This document shows positions 1-7,736 of a stretch of 13,227 nucleotides of DNA, in pieces. Origin of the DNA: Sandaracinaceae bacterium (GTDB lineage: Bacteria > Myxococcota_A > Polyangia > Polyangiales > Sandaracinaceae); contig JBGAQA010000143.1 of assembly GCA_044220955.1 (NCBI GenBank), forward strand, positions 1 through 13,227, read 5' to 3'. The notes beneath the pieces were generated by a model. That model had not been told where the DNA came from. It did not search any database and saw only the letters and a list, made by a program, of their open reading frames with translations. Within the stretch, counting starts at the first letter, position 1. Each line of letters opens with the position of its first letter. Made by a program: the position numbers and the translations under genes.

Positions 1-317
1 CGCTCGCCGATCCTCCACCCCCCATCGAGGGGGCGATCCCGCGCGAGGCCATCCGCGCCGCGGTGCAGCGCCACCTCTCCGAGGTCCGCCGATGCTACGA
101 GGACGCGCTCGCGCGCGATCCGACGCTCGAGGTGCGCGTCGTCGCGCACTTCGTGGTCGGCACGGATGGGAGCGTCCGCAGCGCGAGCGTCGACGGCTCG
201 GACGACGTCGTGCTCACGACGTGCATCGCCTCCCGCGTGCGCACGTGGGCCTTCCCCGCGCCCGAGGGGGGCGCGTTGGTGACCGTCCATTACCCCTTCG
301 TGCTCTCCCCGGAGTGA
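1..317 (+). CDS. AgmX/PglI C-terminal (TonB C-terminal-like) domain protein, 5'-truncated by the window edge
   Basis: The frame of ORF 63..317 is open back to base 3 (LADPPPPIEGAIPREAIRAAVQRHLSEVRRCYE...), so GTG at 63 is probably not the start. A Pro-rich linker is followed by I-R-x-x-V-x-x-H-x-x-E-V-R-x-C-Y-E ... F-V-V-x-x-D-G-S-V ... C-I-x-x-x-V-R-x-W-x-F-P-x-P-x-G-G ... V-x-Y-P-F-V-L, the pattern of myxobacterial TonB_C-like AgmX/PglI domains. Confidence 0.85.
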   Translation, partial: LADPPPPIEGAIPREAIRAAVQRHLSEVRRCYEDALARDPTLEVRVVAHFVVGTDGSVRSASVDGSDDVVLTTCIASRVRTWAFPAPEGGALVTVHYPFVLSPE

Positions 318-344
318 GGGCCGCGCGAGCGCGCGCCGATGCGG

Positions 345-350
345 TAGGCT
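345..350 (+). promoter_or_regulatory. Putative -10 element (TAGGCT), leaderless-type, for the acyl-CoA dehydrogenase
   Basis: TAnnnT hexamer 7 nt upstream of ATG 358, with no SD motif in between. Confidence 0.5.
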
Positions 351-357
351 CGCGGCC

Positions 358-1518
358 ATGGAGCGCACCCTGTTTCGCGAGGAGCACCAGCTCTTCCGCA
401 AGGCCTTCCGCGAGTTCGTCGAGCGTGAGATCAAGCCCGCCCAGCCTCGATGGCGCGAGGCCGGAGTGGTCGACCGAAGCGCGTGGCAGAAGGCCGGCGC
501 CGCGGGCTTCCTCTGCCCCTGGCTCGAGGAGAAGTACGGCGGGCAGGGCGGCGACTTCCTGCACTCGGTCGTCGTGATGGAGGAGCTGGCGCGCGCCTAC
601 GACGACGGCTTCGCGATGCCCCTGCACTCGGACATCGTCGTGCCCTACATCCACTCGTTCGGCACCGAGTCCCAGAAGCAGCGCTGGCTGCCCGACTGCG
701 CGAGCGGCGCCTGCGTCACCGCCGTCGCGATGACCGAGCCGGGCACGGGGAGCGACCTCGCGGCCGTCTCGACCACCGCGCGCAGGGACGGTGACCACTA
801 CGTGATCGACGGCAGCAAGACGTTCATCTCGAACGGGCAGCTCTGCGACATCTGCATCGTCGTGGCGCGCTGTCCTCCCGGAGGGACGGGCGACGCGGCG
901 ACCGATCCCCACCGCGCCATGTCGCTCTTCGTCGTCGAGGCCGGCACGCCGGGATTCACCAAGGGCAAGCTCCTCGAGAAGCTCGGACTCTCGTCGCAGG
1001 ACACGAGCGAGCTGCACTTCGAGGGCTGCCGCGTCCCGGCCAGTCACCGCCTCGGCGAAGAGGGGGCGGGCTTCCTCATGCTCATGCAGAAGCTCCAGCA
1101 AGAGCGGCTCTGCGTGGCGATCGCGTGCCAGGCGGCCGCAGAGCAGGTGCTCGCGGACACGCTGCGCTACGTCATGGAGCGCAAGGCCTTCGGCAAGCCC
1201 ATCGGCAAGATGCAGAACACGCAGTTCAAGCTCGCCGAGTGCGCGAGCGAGATCGAGATCGGTCGCGTGTTCCTGGACCGCCTCGTCGCCGAGCACGCCG
1301 CGGGGAAGTACCTGGTGAAGGAGTGCTCCATGGCCAAGCTCTGGGTGAGCGAGATGAACCAGCGGGTCGTGGACACCTGCCTGCAGTTCTTCGGCGGATA
1401 CGGGTACATGCTCGAGTACCCCATCGCGCGCGCGTACGTCGATGCGCGCGTGCAGCGGATCTTCGCGGGCACCAACGAGATCATGAAGATCATCATCGCC
1501 AAGCAGATCGGGCTCTGA
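358..1518 (+). CDS. Acyl-CoA dehydrogenase (long-chain/LCAD-like subfamily)
   Basis: 386 aa with ACAD motifs AMTEPGTGSD, GSKTFISNG, KLG..SQDTSELHF, RKAFGKPI, QFFGGYGYMLEYPIAR and RIFAGTNEI. The MCAD catalytic Glu position (IYEGT) reads IFAGT, and Glu is present in LQQERL, which is the LCAD/IVD-type arrangement. Confidence 0.96.
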   Translation: MERTLFREEHQLFRKAFREFVEREIKPAQPRWREAGVVDRSAWQKAGAAGFLCPWLEEKYGGQGGDFLHSVVVMEELARAYDDGFAMPLHSDIVVPYIHSFGTESQKQRWLPDCASGACVTAVAMTEPGTGSDLAAVSTTARRDGDHYVIDGSKTFISNGQLCDICIVVARCPPGGTGDAATDPHRAMSLFVVEAGTPGFTKGKLLEKLGLSSQDTSELHFEGCRVPASHRLGEEGAGFLMLMQKLQQERLCVAIACQAAAEQVLADTLRYVMERKAFGKPIGKMQNTQFKLAECASEIEIGRVFLDRLVAEHAAGKYLVKECSMAKLWVSEMNQRVVDTCLQFFGGYGYMLEYPIARAYVDARVQRIFAGTNEIMKIIIAKQIGL

Positions 1519-1614
1519 CGCCGCCGCGAATCCCCCGAGCAAGCGGCGCGGTATTCGGGCACCATCGCGCTCCAGGTCCGGGGCCGGACCCAAGACGACC
1601 AAGGAGATGCCCTC

Positions 1615-2562
1615 ATGATGGTTCCCGAGCGCACCGGGTGGGTGCGCACCGTCCTGCGCTACCGCGGCAGCGAGCTGCCCCGGACGAAGAATCGCATCCT
1701 GGGGGTGCTCCTCATCGCGATCGCGGTGACGGCCGCGGAGAAGACGACCCCCGAGCAGCTCTTCGACGTCCACGTGATCCCGTTCAGCCTGATCGGCGTC
1801 GCGCTCTCGATCTTCCTCGGCTTCCGCAACAACGCCGCCTACGAGCGCTGGTGGGAGGGCCGCAAGCTCTGGGGCGCGCTGGTGAACACGTCGCGCACGT
1901 TCGCGCGGCAGGCCGTCGTGCTGATCGCCCCGCCCGAGGGCGCAGCCCCCGAGGTCGCGGCGGAGGTGGAGGCGATCGAGAAGGATCTCGTGCACAGGAT
2001 GGTCGCCTTCGTCCACACGACGCGCCACGCGCTGCGTGACGAGGCGCCCGGGGAGGACGTGAAGCGCTGCCTCGCGCCCGCGGAGTTCGAGGCCCTCTTG
2101 AACGAGACGAACAAGCCGTCGGCCGTGACCTTCGGCATGGGGATGCGCCTCAAGCACGCGTTCGATCGCGGCTTCATCCATCCGCTGCACCTGACGATGC
2201 TCGAGCAGACGCTCGTCAACCTCACGGACATCCACGGCGGCTGCGAGCGCATCAAGTCCACGCCCATCCCGTTCTCGTACACGACGCTCATCCACCGCAT
2301 CGTCGCGGTCTACTGCTACTGCCTGCCCTTCGGCCTGATCACCGAGCTCGGTGTGGTCACCCCGCTCGCGTCGATCGTGGTGAGCTACGCGTTCTTCGGC
2401 CTCGACATCGTCGGTGACGAGATCGAGCAGCCCTTCGGCTACGATCCGAACGACCTGCCGCTCTCGGCGATCTCGCGGATGATCGAGATAAACCTCCGCC
2501 AGCGCCTCGGCGAGAAGGATCTGCCCCCACCCCTCAAGCCGGAGCGCGAGGTCCTGCAGTGA
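1615..2562 (+). CDS. Bestrophin-family (YneE-like) putative anion channel
   Basis: 315 aa with LSIFLGFRNNAAYERWWEGRKLWG, GGCERIKSTPIPFSY and EIEQPFGYDPNDLPL, plus hydrophobic TM segments. SD AAGGAG at 1601-1606 lies 8 nt before ATG 1615; ATG 1618 is an alternative start. Confidence 0.93.
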   Translation: MMVPERTGWVRTVLRYRGSELPRTKNRILGVLLIAIAVTAAEKTTPEQLFDVHVIPFSLIGVALSIFLGFRNNAAYERWWEGRKLWGALVNTSRTFARQAVVLIAPPEGAAPEVAAEVEAIEKDLVHRMVAFVHTTRHALRDEAPGEDVKRCLAPAEFEALLNETNKPSAVTFGMGMRLKHAFDRGFIHPLHLTMLEQTLVNLTDIHGGCERIKSTPIPFSYTTLIHRIVAVYCYCLPFGLITELGVVTPLASIVVSYAFFGLDIVGDEIEQPFGYDPNDLPLSAISRMIEINLRQRLGEKDLPPPLKPEREVLQ

Positions 2563-2563
2563 A

Positions 2564-2586
2564 GGCCCCGACGCGACGTCGGGACC
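2564..2586. terminator. GC-rich hairpin between convergent genes, possible bidirectional terminator
   Basis: CCCGACG (2567-2573), loop CGA, CGTCGGG (2577-2583), extendable by GG/CC after one mismatch. It fills most of the 29-nt gap between convergent stop codons. There is no U-tract. Confidence 0.4.
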
Positions 2587-2591
2587 GCTCG

Positions 2592-4391
2592 TCACCGTCC
2601 GGCGGTGCGCGCGAGGAAACGGTCGACGTCGTCTCGTAGCGAGCCGAGCGCGCGCTGCCAGACCTCGTGAGCACGCCTGCACTCCTCGGCGTCGCCGGCG
2701 CGCGCCGCCTGCTCGAGGTCCCGCAGGACGGCGTCGAGCCCGCGCGCGTTCAGGGCGAGCACGGCGGCGCGCAGCGTGCGCGCGATGTCGGCGACGACCC
2801 CGAGCTCTCGTCGCGCGAGGGCTGCGTCGAGCGCGTCGCCGTGGAGCCGCACCGCGTCGATCATCCCGCGCAGGGCCTCTCCCATCCGGCCGCCCGGGTC
2901 CAGCTTGGCCGCGGGCCCCGAGCCGCGCTCCGGCGGTGAGCTCGCGACCCGCGGCCGCGAGGCCGGCGGGTTGCTCGCGCGTCGGAGCGCGCGCTGGAGC
3001 TGCAGGGGCGCGACCGGCTTGGCGATCAGGGCCGAGAGCCCCGCGGCCTCGGCCTCCGCGACGGCGGGCGGGTCCACGTCGGCATCCTGCGCGAAGCCGA
3101 CGATGGGCATCGCGTGGTGCGCAGCACGGAGGCGGCGAGCCACCTCGAGACCGCCGAGCGCGGGGAGCCCCACGTCGATCAGCACCAGCGCCGGGCCGTG
3201 CTCCATCGCATGGAGCAGGGCGCCGACGCCCTCCGTCACCACCTCCAGCCGATAGCCCAGCCGCTCGAGCAGCGGACCGAGCGTCGCGCGGTGGATCGCG
3301 TCCGCGTCGGCGAGCAGCGCCAGCGGCCGCCCGTCCGGGCGCGCGCTCTCGGCGTCGTCGCGGAGCAGCCGCAGCGACGCGAGGAAGCACGCGCCGCCGT
3401 CGGGACCCTCGCCCACGGTCACGTCGCCGCCCATCTGGCGCGCGAGGCCGCGAGCGATCGCGAGGCCAAGCCCGGTGCCTCCGGAGCGCTTCGCCGCGAG
3501 CGGGCGATGGAATGGCTCGAAGACCTGCGAGCGCAGCGGCTCGGCGACGCCCGGGCCGTCGTCGCACACCCTGATCTCGAGCATCGGTCCGGCAGCGCGC
3601 GCGGCCACCACGACCGGCCCCGCGACCGCGAAGCGCAGGGCGTTGTCGAGGAGGTTGACGACGATCTGCCGAACGCGCATCGCATCGCCCCGCACAAGCG
3701 CGGGCAGCGCGTCGTCGACGAGGATCGTGATCTCCGCGCGCGCGGGCTCCGCGGCGTCGAGCGCGAGCCGCGCCGCGTCCCCGAGGAGGTCGCGGACGGC
3801 GAAGGGCGCCGGGCAGAGCGTGATCGGGCCCCGCGCGAGCCGCGCGTGGTCGAGGATCCCGGAGACGAGCGCGACGACGTGCCGCGATGCCTTGCCGGCG
3901 CCGTCCACGAGCTCGCGCTGGTCCGCGCTCAGCTCTCCGCGCGCCAAGACCGCGAGGGACGTCACGATCGCCTGCAGCGGCGAGCGCAGCTCGTGGCTGG
4001 CCGCGGACAGCAGCTCGACGCCACCGCCGCGCGCGAGGCCGCTCTGGACGCGCAGGCGCACCTCGCCGGCATCGAGCGGCTCCCGGAGCACCTCGTCGAC
4101 ACCCTCGAGCGCAGGATCGTCGAGCGCCGGACCGCCGCGATCCACGACCGCGATGATCGGCACGGCCATGATCACGCGCTCCCCCGCCAGGCCGTGCCGG
4201 ATGCCCTCGACGCCGAGCTCGGCCAGCGTCGCCGCGTCGACGATCGCGAGCGAGAACGGCGCGTGGACCGCGTCGTCCTCGAGCGACGCGATCGATCCCG
4301 CCGCGACGACCTCGCGGCCCGTCGCCTCGACCATCGCGCTCAGCGCGGCGCGGCGCCCAGGATCGACGTGGAGAACGGCCACTCGCTCCAT
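2592..4391 (-). CDS. Cytoplasmic hybrid histidine kinase: pseudo-receiver, HisKA, HATPase_c, receiver, degenerate Hpt
   Basis: 599 aa. H-box SHELRSPL (His133), N-box QIVVNLLDNALRF, G1 DDGPGV, F-box VFEPF, G2 GGTGLGLAI. Receiver with LVLIDVGLP...AKP. N-terminal receiver-like fold (LAIVD...VPIIAV...VDEVLREP) and C-terminal Hpt-like helices (ARTLRAA...LEQAARAGD). No TM segment. Confidence 0.92.
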   Translation of the reverse strand: MERVAVLHVDPGRRAALSAMVEATGREVVAAGSIASLEDDAVHAPFSLAIVDAATLAELGVEGIRHGLAGERVIMAVPIIAVVDRGGPALDDPALEGVDEVLREPLDAGEVRLRVQSGLARGGGVELLSAASHELRSPLQAIVTSLAVLARGELSADQRELVDGAGKASRHVVALVSGILDHARLARGPITLCPAPFAVRDLLGDAARLALDAAEPARAEITILVDDALPALVRGDAMRVRQIVVNLLDNALRFAVAGPVVVAARAAGPMLEIRVCDDGPGVAEPLRSQVFEPFHRPLAAKRSGGTGLGLAIARGLARQMGGDVTVGEGPDGGACFLASLRLLRDDAESARPDGRPLALLADADAIHRATLGPLLERLGYRLEVVTEGVGALLHAMEHGPALVLIDVGLPALGGLEVARRLRAAHHAMPIVGFAQDADVDPPAVAEAEAAGLSALIAKPVAPLQLQRALRRASNPPASRPRVASSPPERGSGPAAKLDPGGRMGEALRGMIDAVRLHGDALDAALARRELGVVADIARTLRAAVLALNARGLDAVLRDLEQAARAGDAEECRRAHEVWQRALGSLRDDVDRFLARTAGR

Positions 4392-4425
4392 CGGTCGAGT
4401 CAGCTACCAGCGGGCCGCGGGGCCG

Positions 4426-5493
4426 TCAACCGAGCGCCCTACGCGCCTCGCCGATCACCCAGTCCCCGACCGCGCGCGTCCCGAGCTCACCGCCGACGTC
4501 GCGCGTGCACTTGCCCTGCTCGATGGCGCGCCGGACGATCCCCACGAGGAGCGGCTCGATGCCCTCCCAGCCGAGGTGCGAGCACATCATCCCCACGGTC
4601 AGCACCGTGGCGAGCGGGTTCGCGAGGTCCTTGCCCGCGATGTCGGGCGCCGAGCCGTGGACCGGCTCGAACATCGCGACGCGCCCCGGCGCGTGGACGT
4701 TGGCGCTGGCGGCCATGCCGAGCCCGCCCTGCAGCGCCGCGCCCAGATCGGTGATGATGTCACCGAAGAGGTTGTTGGTGACGATCACGTCGAACGCCTC
4801 GGGCGTCCGGATCATCTGCAGGCAGAGCGCATCGACGTACATGTGCCTGGCCTCCACCTCCGGATAGCCCGCGGCGACCTCCTTGAACGTGCGCTGCCAC
4901 AGGCCACCCGCCTGCGGCATCGCGTTGGCCTTGTCGGTCATGTGCACGCGCTTGCGGCCGTGGCTCCGCGCGAACTCGAACGCGGCGCGGATGACGCGCT
5001 CGACGCCCTTGCGCGTGTTCACGTCCTCGTTGATGGCGATCTCGTCGGGCGTGCCCTTCTTGAAGTTGCCGCCGACGCCGACGTAGATGCCCTCGGTGTT
5101 CTCGCGAAACACGACCATGTCGCAGTCGACCGCGCGCTTGTCGCGCAGCGGCAGCAGCCGGTCGGCCAAGCACGTGATGGGCCGGATGTTGGAGAAGAGG
5201 TCGAGGCCGAAGCGAAGGCCGAAGAGGATCTCGCGCGCGTAGCCGAGGTCGGGGACGCGCGGATCCCCGAGGGCGCCGAGCAGTACCGCGGAGGCCTCGT
5301 CCCGGATCATCCGCTGGTCCGCCTCCGGGAAGAGGGTCCCGTCGCGCAGGAACCGATCCGCGCCGAGGTCGAGCGTGACGACCTCGAGAGGCAGGTGGCG
5401 CACCTCGCGAAGCGCGTCGAGCAGCTCGGCGCCGATCGACATCACTTCCTTTCCGATCCCGTCCCCCGGGATGAGGACCACTTTCTTCGTCAT
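4426..5493 (-). CDS. leuB: 3-isopropylmalate dehydrogenase (isocitrate/isopropylmalate dehydrogenase family, resembles type-2 LeuB)
   Basis: Start reassigned to ATG 5493 (MTKKVVLIPGDGIGKEV). Motifs LGALGDPRVP, LRFGLDLFSNIRP, RENTEGIY, DKANA, NLFGDIITDLGAALQGGLG, FEPVHGSAPDIAGK.ANP and TRDVGG. Family is certain; exact substrate is less so. Confidence 0.85.
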   Translation of the reverse strand: MTKKVVLIPGDGIGKEVMSIGAELLDALREVRHLPLEVVTLDLGADRFLRDGTLFPEADQRMIRDEASAVLLGALGDPRVPDLGYAREILFGLRFGLDLFSNIRPITCLADRLLPLRDKRAVDCDMVVFRENTEGIYVGVGGNFKKGTPDEIAINEDVNTRKGVERVIRAAFEFARSHGRKRVHMTDKANAMPQAGGLWQRTFKEVAAGYPEVEARHMYVDALCLQMIRTPEAFDVIVTNNLFGDIITDLGAALQGGLGMAASANVHAPGRVAMFEPVHGSAPDIAGKDLANPLATVLTVGMMCSHLGWEGIEPLLVGIVRRAIEQGKCTRDVGGELGTRAVGDWVIGEARRALG

Positions 5494-5503
5494 GAGGCCC
5501 GGC

Positions 5504-5512
5504 AAGCTATCA
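5504..5512 (-). promoter_or_regulatory. Putative extended -10 promoter (TGaTAGCTT) for leuB
   Basis: On the minus strand TG-A-TAGCTT ends 10 nt before ATG 5493, with no SD. Confidence 0.45.
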
Positions 5513-5575
5513 CGGCGGAGCCCGCGGCCGCGCACTGCACATCCGTCACCCCTGGCAATCGAGTCGCACCATCGC

Positions 5576-5604
5576 TTGACACTGATACGTGGGTCGGCGA
5601 GCTT
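5576..5604 (+). promoter_or_regulatory. Putative sigma70-type promoter for the PP2C phosphatase
   Basis: Perfect TTGACA at 5576-5581, exactly 17-nt spacer, then GAGCTT at 5599-5604 (keeps A2 and T6). ATG follows 11 nt later. Confidence 0.5.
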
Positions 5605-5615
5605 TCCCTACAGCG

Positions 5616-6383
5616 ATGCAGATCCTCGCCGCAGGTGTCTCCGACGTCGGGCAACAGCGCGAGCACAACGAGGACAGCTTCGCGATCTTGCCGGAGTTCG
5701 ACCTCTACATCGTCGCCGACGGGATGGGCGGCCATCGGGCGGGTGACGTCGCCAGCAAGATGGCCACCCACACCATCGCGTCGTTCTTCCAGGCGACGCA
5801 GAAGGAAGACGCCACCTGGCCCTTCCACTTCGACCCGCACCTGACCGTCGAGGAGAACCGCCTCATCACGGGAATCCGGGTCGCGAACAAGCGCATCTTC
5901 GACACGAGCTCGCGCTATCGCGAGGTGCAGGGGATGGGGACGACGGTGGTCGGCTGCCTCGTCGCGCGCGAGCGCAAGCGCATGTACGTCGCGCACGTCG
6001 GCGACAGCCGCTGCTACCGCGTTCGCAACGGCGAGATCACGCAGCTGACGCGGGATCACTCGCTCCTGAACGACTACCTCCTGGTGATGCCGGACCTGAC
6101 GCCCGAGCAGCGCGAGGAGCTGCCGAAGAACGTGATCACGCGCGCGCTCGGCATGCAGGACTCGGTCGTCGTCGACCTCGTCCCCGAGCAGCCCTTGCCC
6201 GGAGACGTGTACGTCCTCTGCTCGGACGGGCTCTCCGGCATGATCAACGACGCCGAGATCCTCACGGCCGTGACGTCGCACCCCGGCAGCTCCGAGGAAG
6301 CGGCGAAGGATCTGGTCGCCCGGGCCAACGCCAACGGCGGCGAGGACAACGTCACCGTCGTCGTGATCGCCGTCACCGAGTAG
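5616..6383 (+). CDS. PP2C/PPM-family (Stp1-type) Ser/Thr protein phosphatase, similar to myxobacterial Pph1
   Basis: Start reassigned to ATG 5616 (MQILAAGVSDVG). All PPM motifs are intact: REHNED, VADGMGGH, GMGTT, HVGDSRCY, LTRDHS, NVITRALG, CSDGL and GGEDNVT. The insert DATWPF...ENRL.TGI..AN.RIF resembles Myxococcus Pph1 as I recall it (not aligned). Confidence 0.95.
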   Translation: MQILAAGVSDVGQQREHNEDSFAILPEFDLYIVADGMGGHRAGDVASKMATHTIASFFQATQKEDATWPFHFDPHLTVEENRLITGIRVANKRIFDTSSRYREVQGMGTTVVGCLVARERKRMYVAHVGDSRCYRVRNGEITQLTRDHSLLNDYLLVMPDLTPEQREELPKNVITRALGMQDSVVVDLVPEQPLPGDVYVLCSDGLSGMINDAEILTAVTSHPGSSEEAAKDLVARANANGGEDNVTVVVIAVTE

Positions 6384-6421
6384 CCGGTTGCGCGCGAGCG
6401 CGGCGGCGCCATGAGAGCCCC

Positions 6422-7081
6422 ATGCACGTCCACGAAGCGGTCGCGCGGCGGCGCAGCATCCGCGCGTTCCTGCCCGATCCGATCCCCCGCCAGACGCTCG
6501 AGAGCATCTTCGAGCGCGCGCAGCGCGCGCCCTCCTGGTGCAACATCCAGCCCTGGCGCGTGTGGGTCGCGTCGGGCGCCGAGTGTGCGGGGCTGAAAGC
6601 CGACCTCGTGGCGGCGGCCACCTCGCGCGCGCCCTGCCCGGACGTCCCCTTCCCCGGCGACTACCCCGAGCCCTACATGACGCACCGACGCGCCTCCGCG
6701 AAGGCGCTCTACGAGGCGATGGGCGTCGCGCGCGACGACGGGCCTGCTCGACACGCGGCCTGGATGCGGAACTTCGTGGCGTTCGACGCGCCGCACGTCG
6801 CGATCGTGGCGATCGACAAGCGCTTCGCGATCTGGGGCGCGCTCGACCTCGGCTGCTGGCTCGAGACGGTGATGCTGCTCGCGGAGGAAGAGGGCTACGG
6901 GACGTGCGCGCAGGCGGCGCTCTCGCTCTACCCGGACGTGCTGCGCGCGCGGCTCGGCATCGGCGATGACGTGAACATCCTGTTCGGCCTCGGCATGGGG
7001 AAGCCGGACCCCGACGGCGGGGTCAATCGCTGCGTGACGACGCGCGAGCCGCTCGAGAAGAACGTGACGTTCGTGGGCTGA
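6422..7081 (+). CDS. Nitroreductase-family flavoprotein
   Basis: 219 aa with RRSIRAF, RAPSWCNIQPWRV, NFVAFDAPH, LDLGCWLETVMLLA...GYGTCAQA and C-terminal GLGMGKPD...R.PLE.NVTF. Confidence 0.93.
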   Translation: MHVHEAVARRRSIRAFLPDPIPRQTLESIFERAQRAPSWCNIQPWRVWVASGAECAGLKADLVAAATSRAPCPDVPFPGDYPEPYMTHRRASAKALYEAMGVARDDGPARHAAWMRNFVAFDAPHVAIVAIDKRFAIWGALDLGCWLETVMLLAEEEGYGTCAQAALSLYPDVLRARLGIGDDVNILFGLGMGKPDPDGGVNRCVTTREPLEKNVTFVG

Positions 7082-7085
7082 GCAG

Positions 7086-7730
7086 CTACTGCACGCGCAT
7101 CACGATCGCGGCCGCGCCCGCCCCCGCCTGGTCGGCGGGATCCGTGAGCAGCGACGCGAGCACCGCCGGCGGCGTCTTGATGTCTTGCTGCAGCACGCTG
7201 ACGACCTGCGCGATCGACTTCATCGAGAACGCGCTCGCGCTGCCGGCCAGGACGAGGTCCCCTGGCTCGAGCATCGCCGAGCAATGCGAGAAGCGCGCGC
7301 GCAGCACGCCGTTCGGCGTCTCCTCGCGCGGCGTCAGCCGCTGGGGCTTGCCCGAGCGGTGCAGGTACACCCGCGCCGGGCCGGCGCTCACCACGTGCAG
7401 CTCGCCCCCGTCGAAGAGCACGGCCGCGAGCGCGGCGTCCGGGAGCGCCTTCTCGACGAGGTGGTCGCACGTCTCCGCCAGCTCGCTCCGGGCGCGGTCG
7501 CAGGCGTGGATCAGGCGCTCGACGCCGCGACGATCGACCTTCGACTCCTCGAGACCCCTCTCGAGCCCGCGTAGCACCGCGCCGTTGGCGATCCACCACG
7601 TGCGCGGCAGCCCGAGGCCGCTCACGATGGCGAACGCCCGGCCACCCTCCCAGCGCCCGCCCGCGTCCCGGGACAGCTCGCCCTCGCGGACGTGCGCCTT
7701 GGCTACGCTGATGTGCGACTCGGTCCTCAC
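7086..7730 (-). CDS. PP2C/SpoIIE-fold protein lacking catalytic aspartates (putative pseudophosphatase), 214 aa
   Basis: Only the last 214 codons of ORF 7086..8672 look protein-like; start placed at GTG 7730. PP2C motif order is retained in degenerate form: AFAIVSGLG, DAALAAVLF, LHVVSAGPARVYLHRSGKPQRLT, LEPGDLVLAGSAS and GAGAAAIVMRV. Confidence 0.8.
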   Translation of the reverse strand: MRTESHISVAKAHVREGELSRDAGGRWEGGRAFAIVSGLGLPRTWWIANGAVLRGLERGLEESKVDRRGVERLIHACDRARSELAETCDHLVEKALPDAALAAVLFDGGELHVVSAGPARVYLHRSGKPQRLTPREETPNGVLRARFSHCSAMLEPGDLVLAGSASAFSMKSIAQVVSVLQQDIKTPPAVLASLLTDPADQAGAGAAAIVMRVQ

Positions 7731-7736
7731 GAGCGG

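Noticed and set aside
871..910. Short Pro/Gly-rich insertion (CPPGGTGDAATDP) in the acyl-CoA dehydrogenase
   Set aside because: It is in frame and falls in a loop that varies in length among ACADs. There is no sign of an intein or mobile element.
214..3567. 1117-aa minus-strand ORF, and similar long ORFs (3475..5844 +, 3114..4754 +, 10502..12637 -, 10582..12660 +, 8734..9813 +, 9672..10601 +)
   Set aside because: They are antisense or frame-shifted shadows of well-supported genes. They are Arg/Ala/Pro-rich with no motifs, as expected in high-GC DNA where stop codons are rare.
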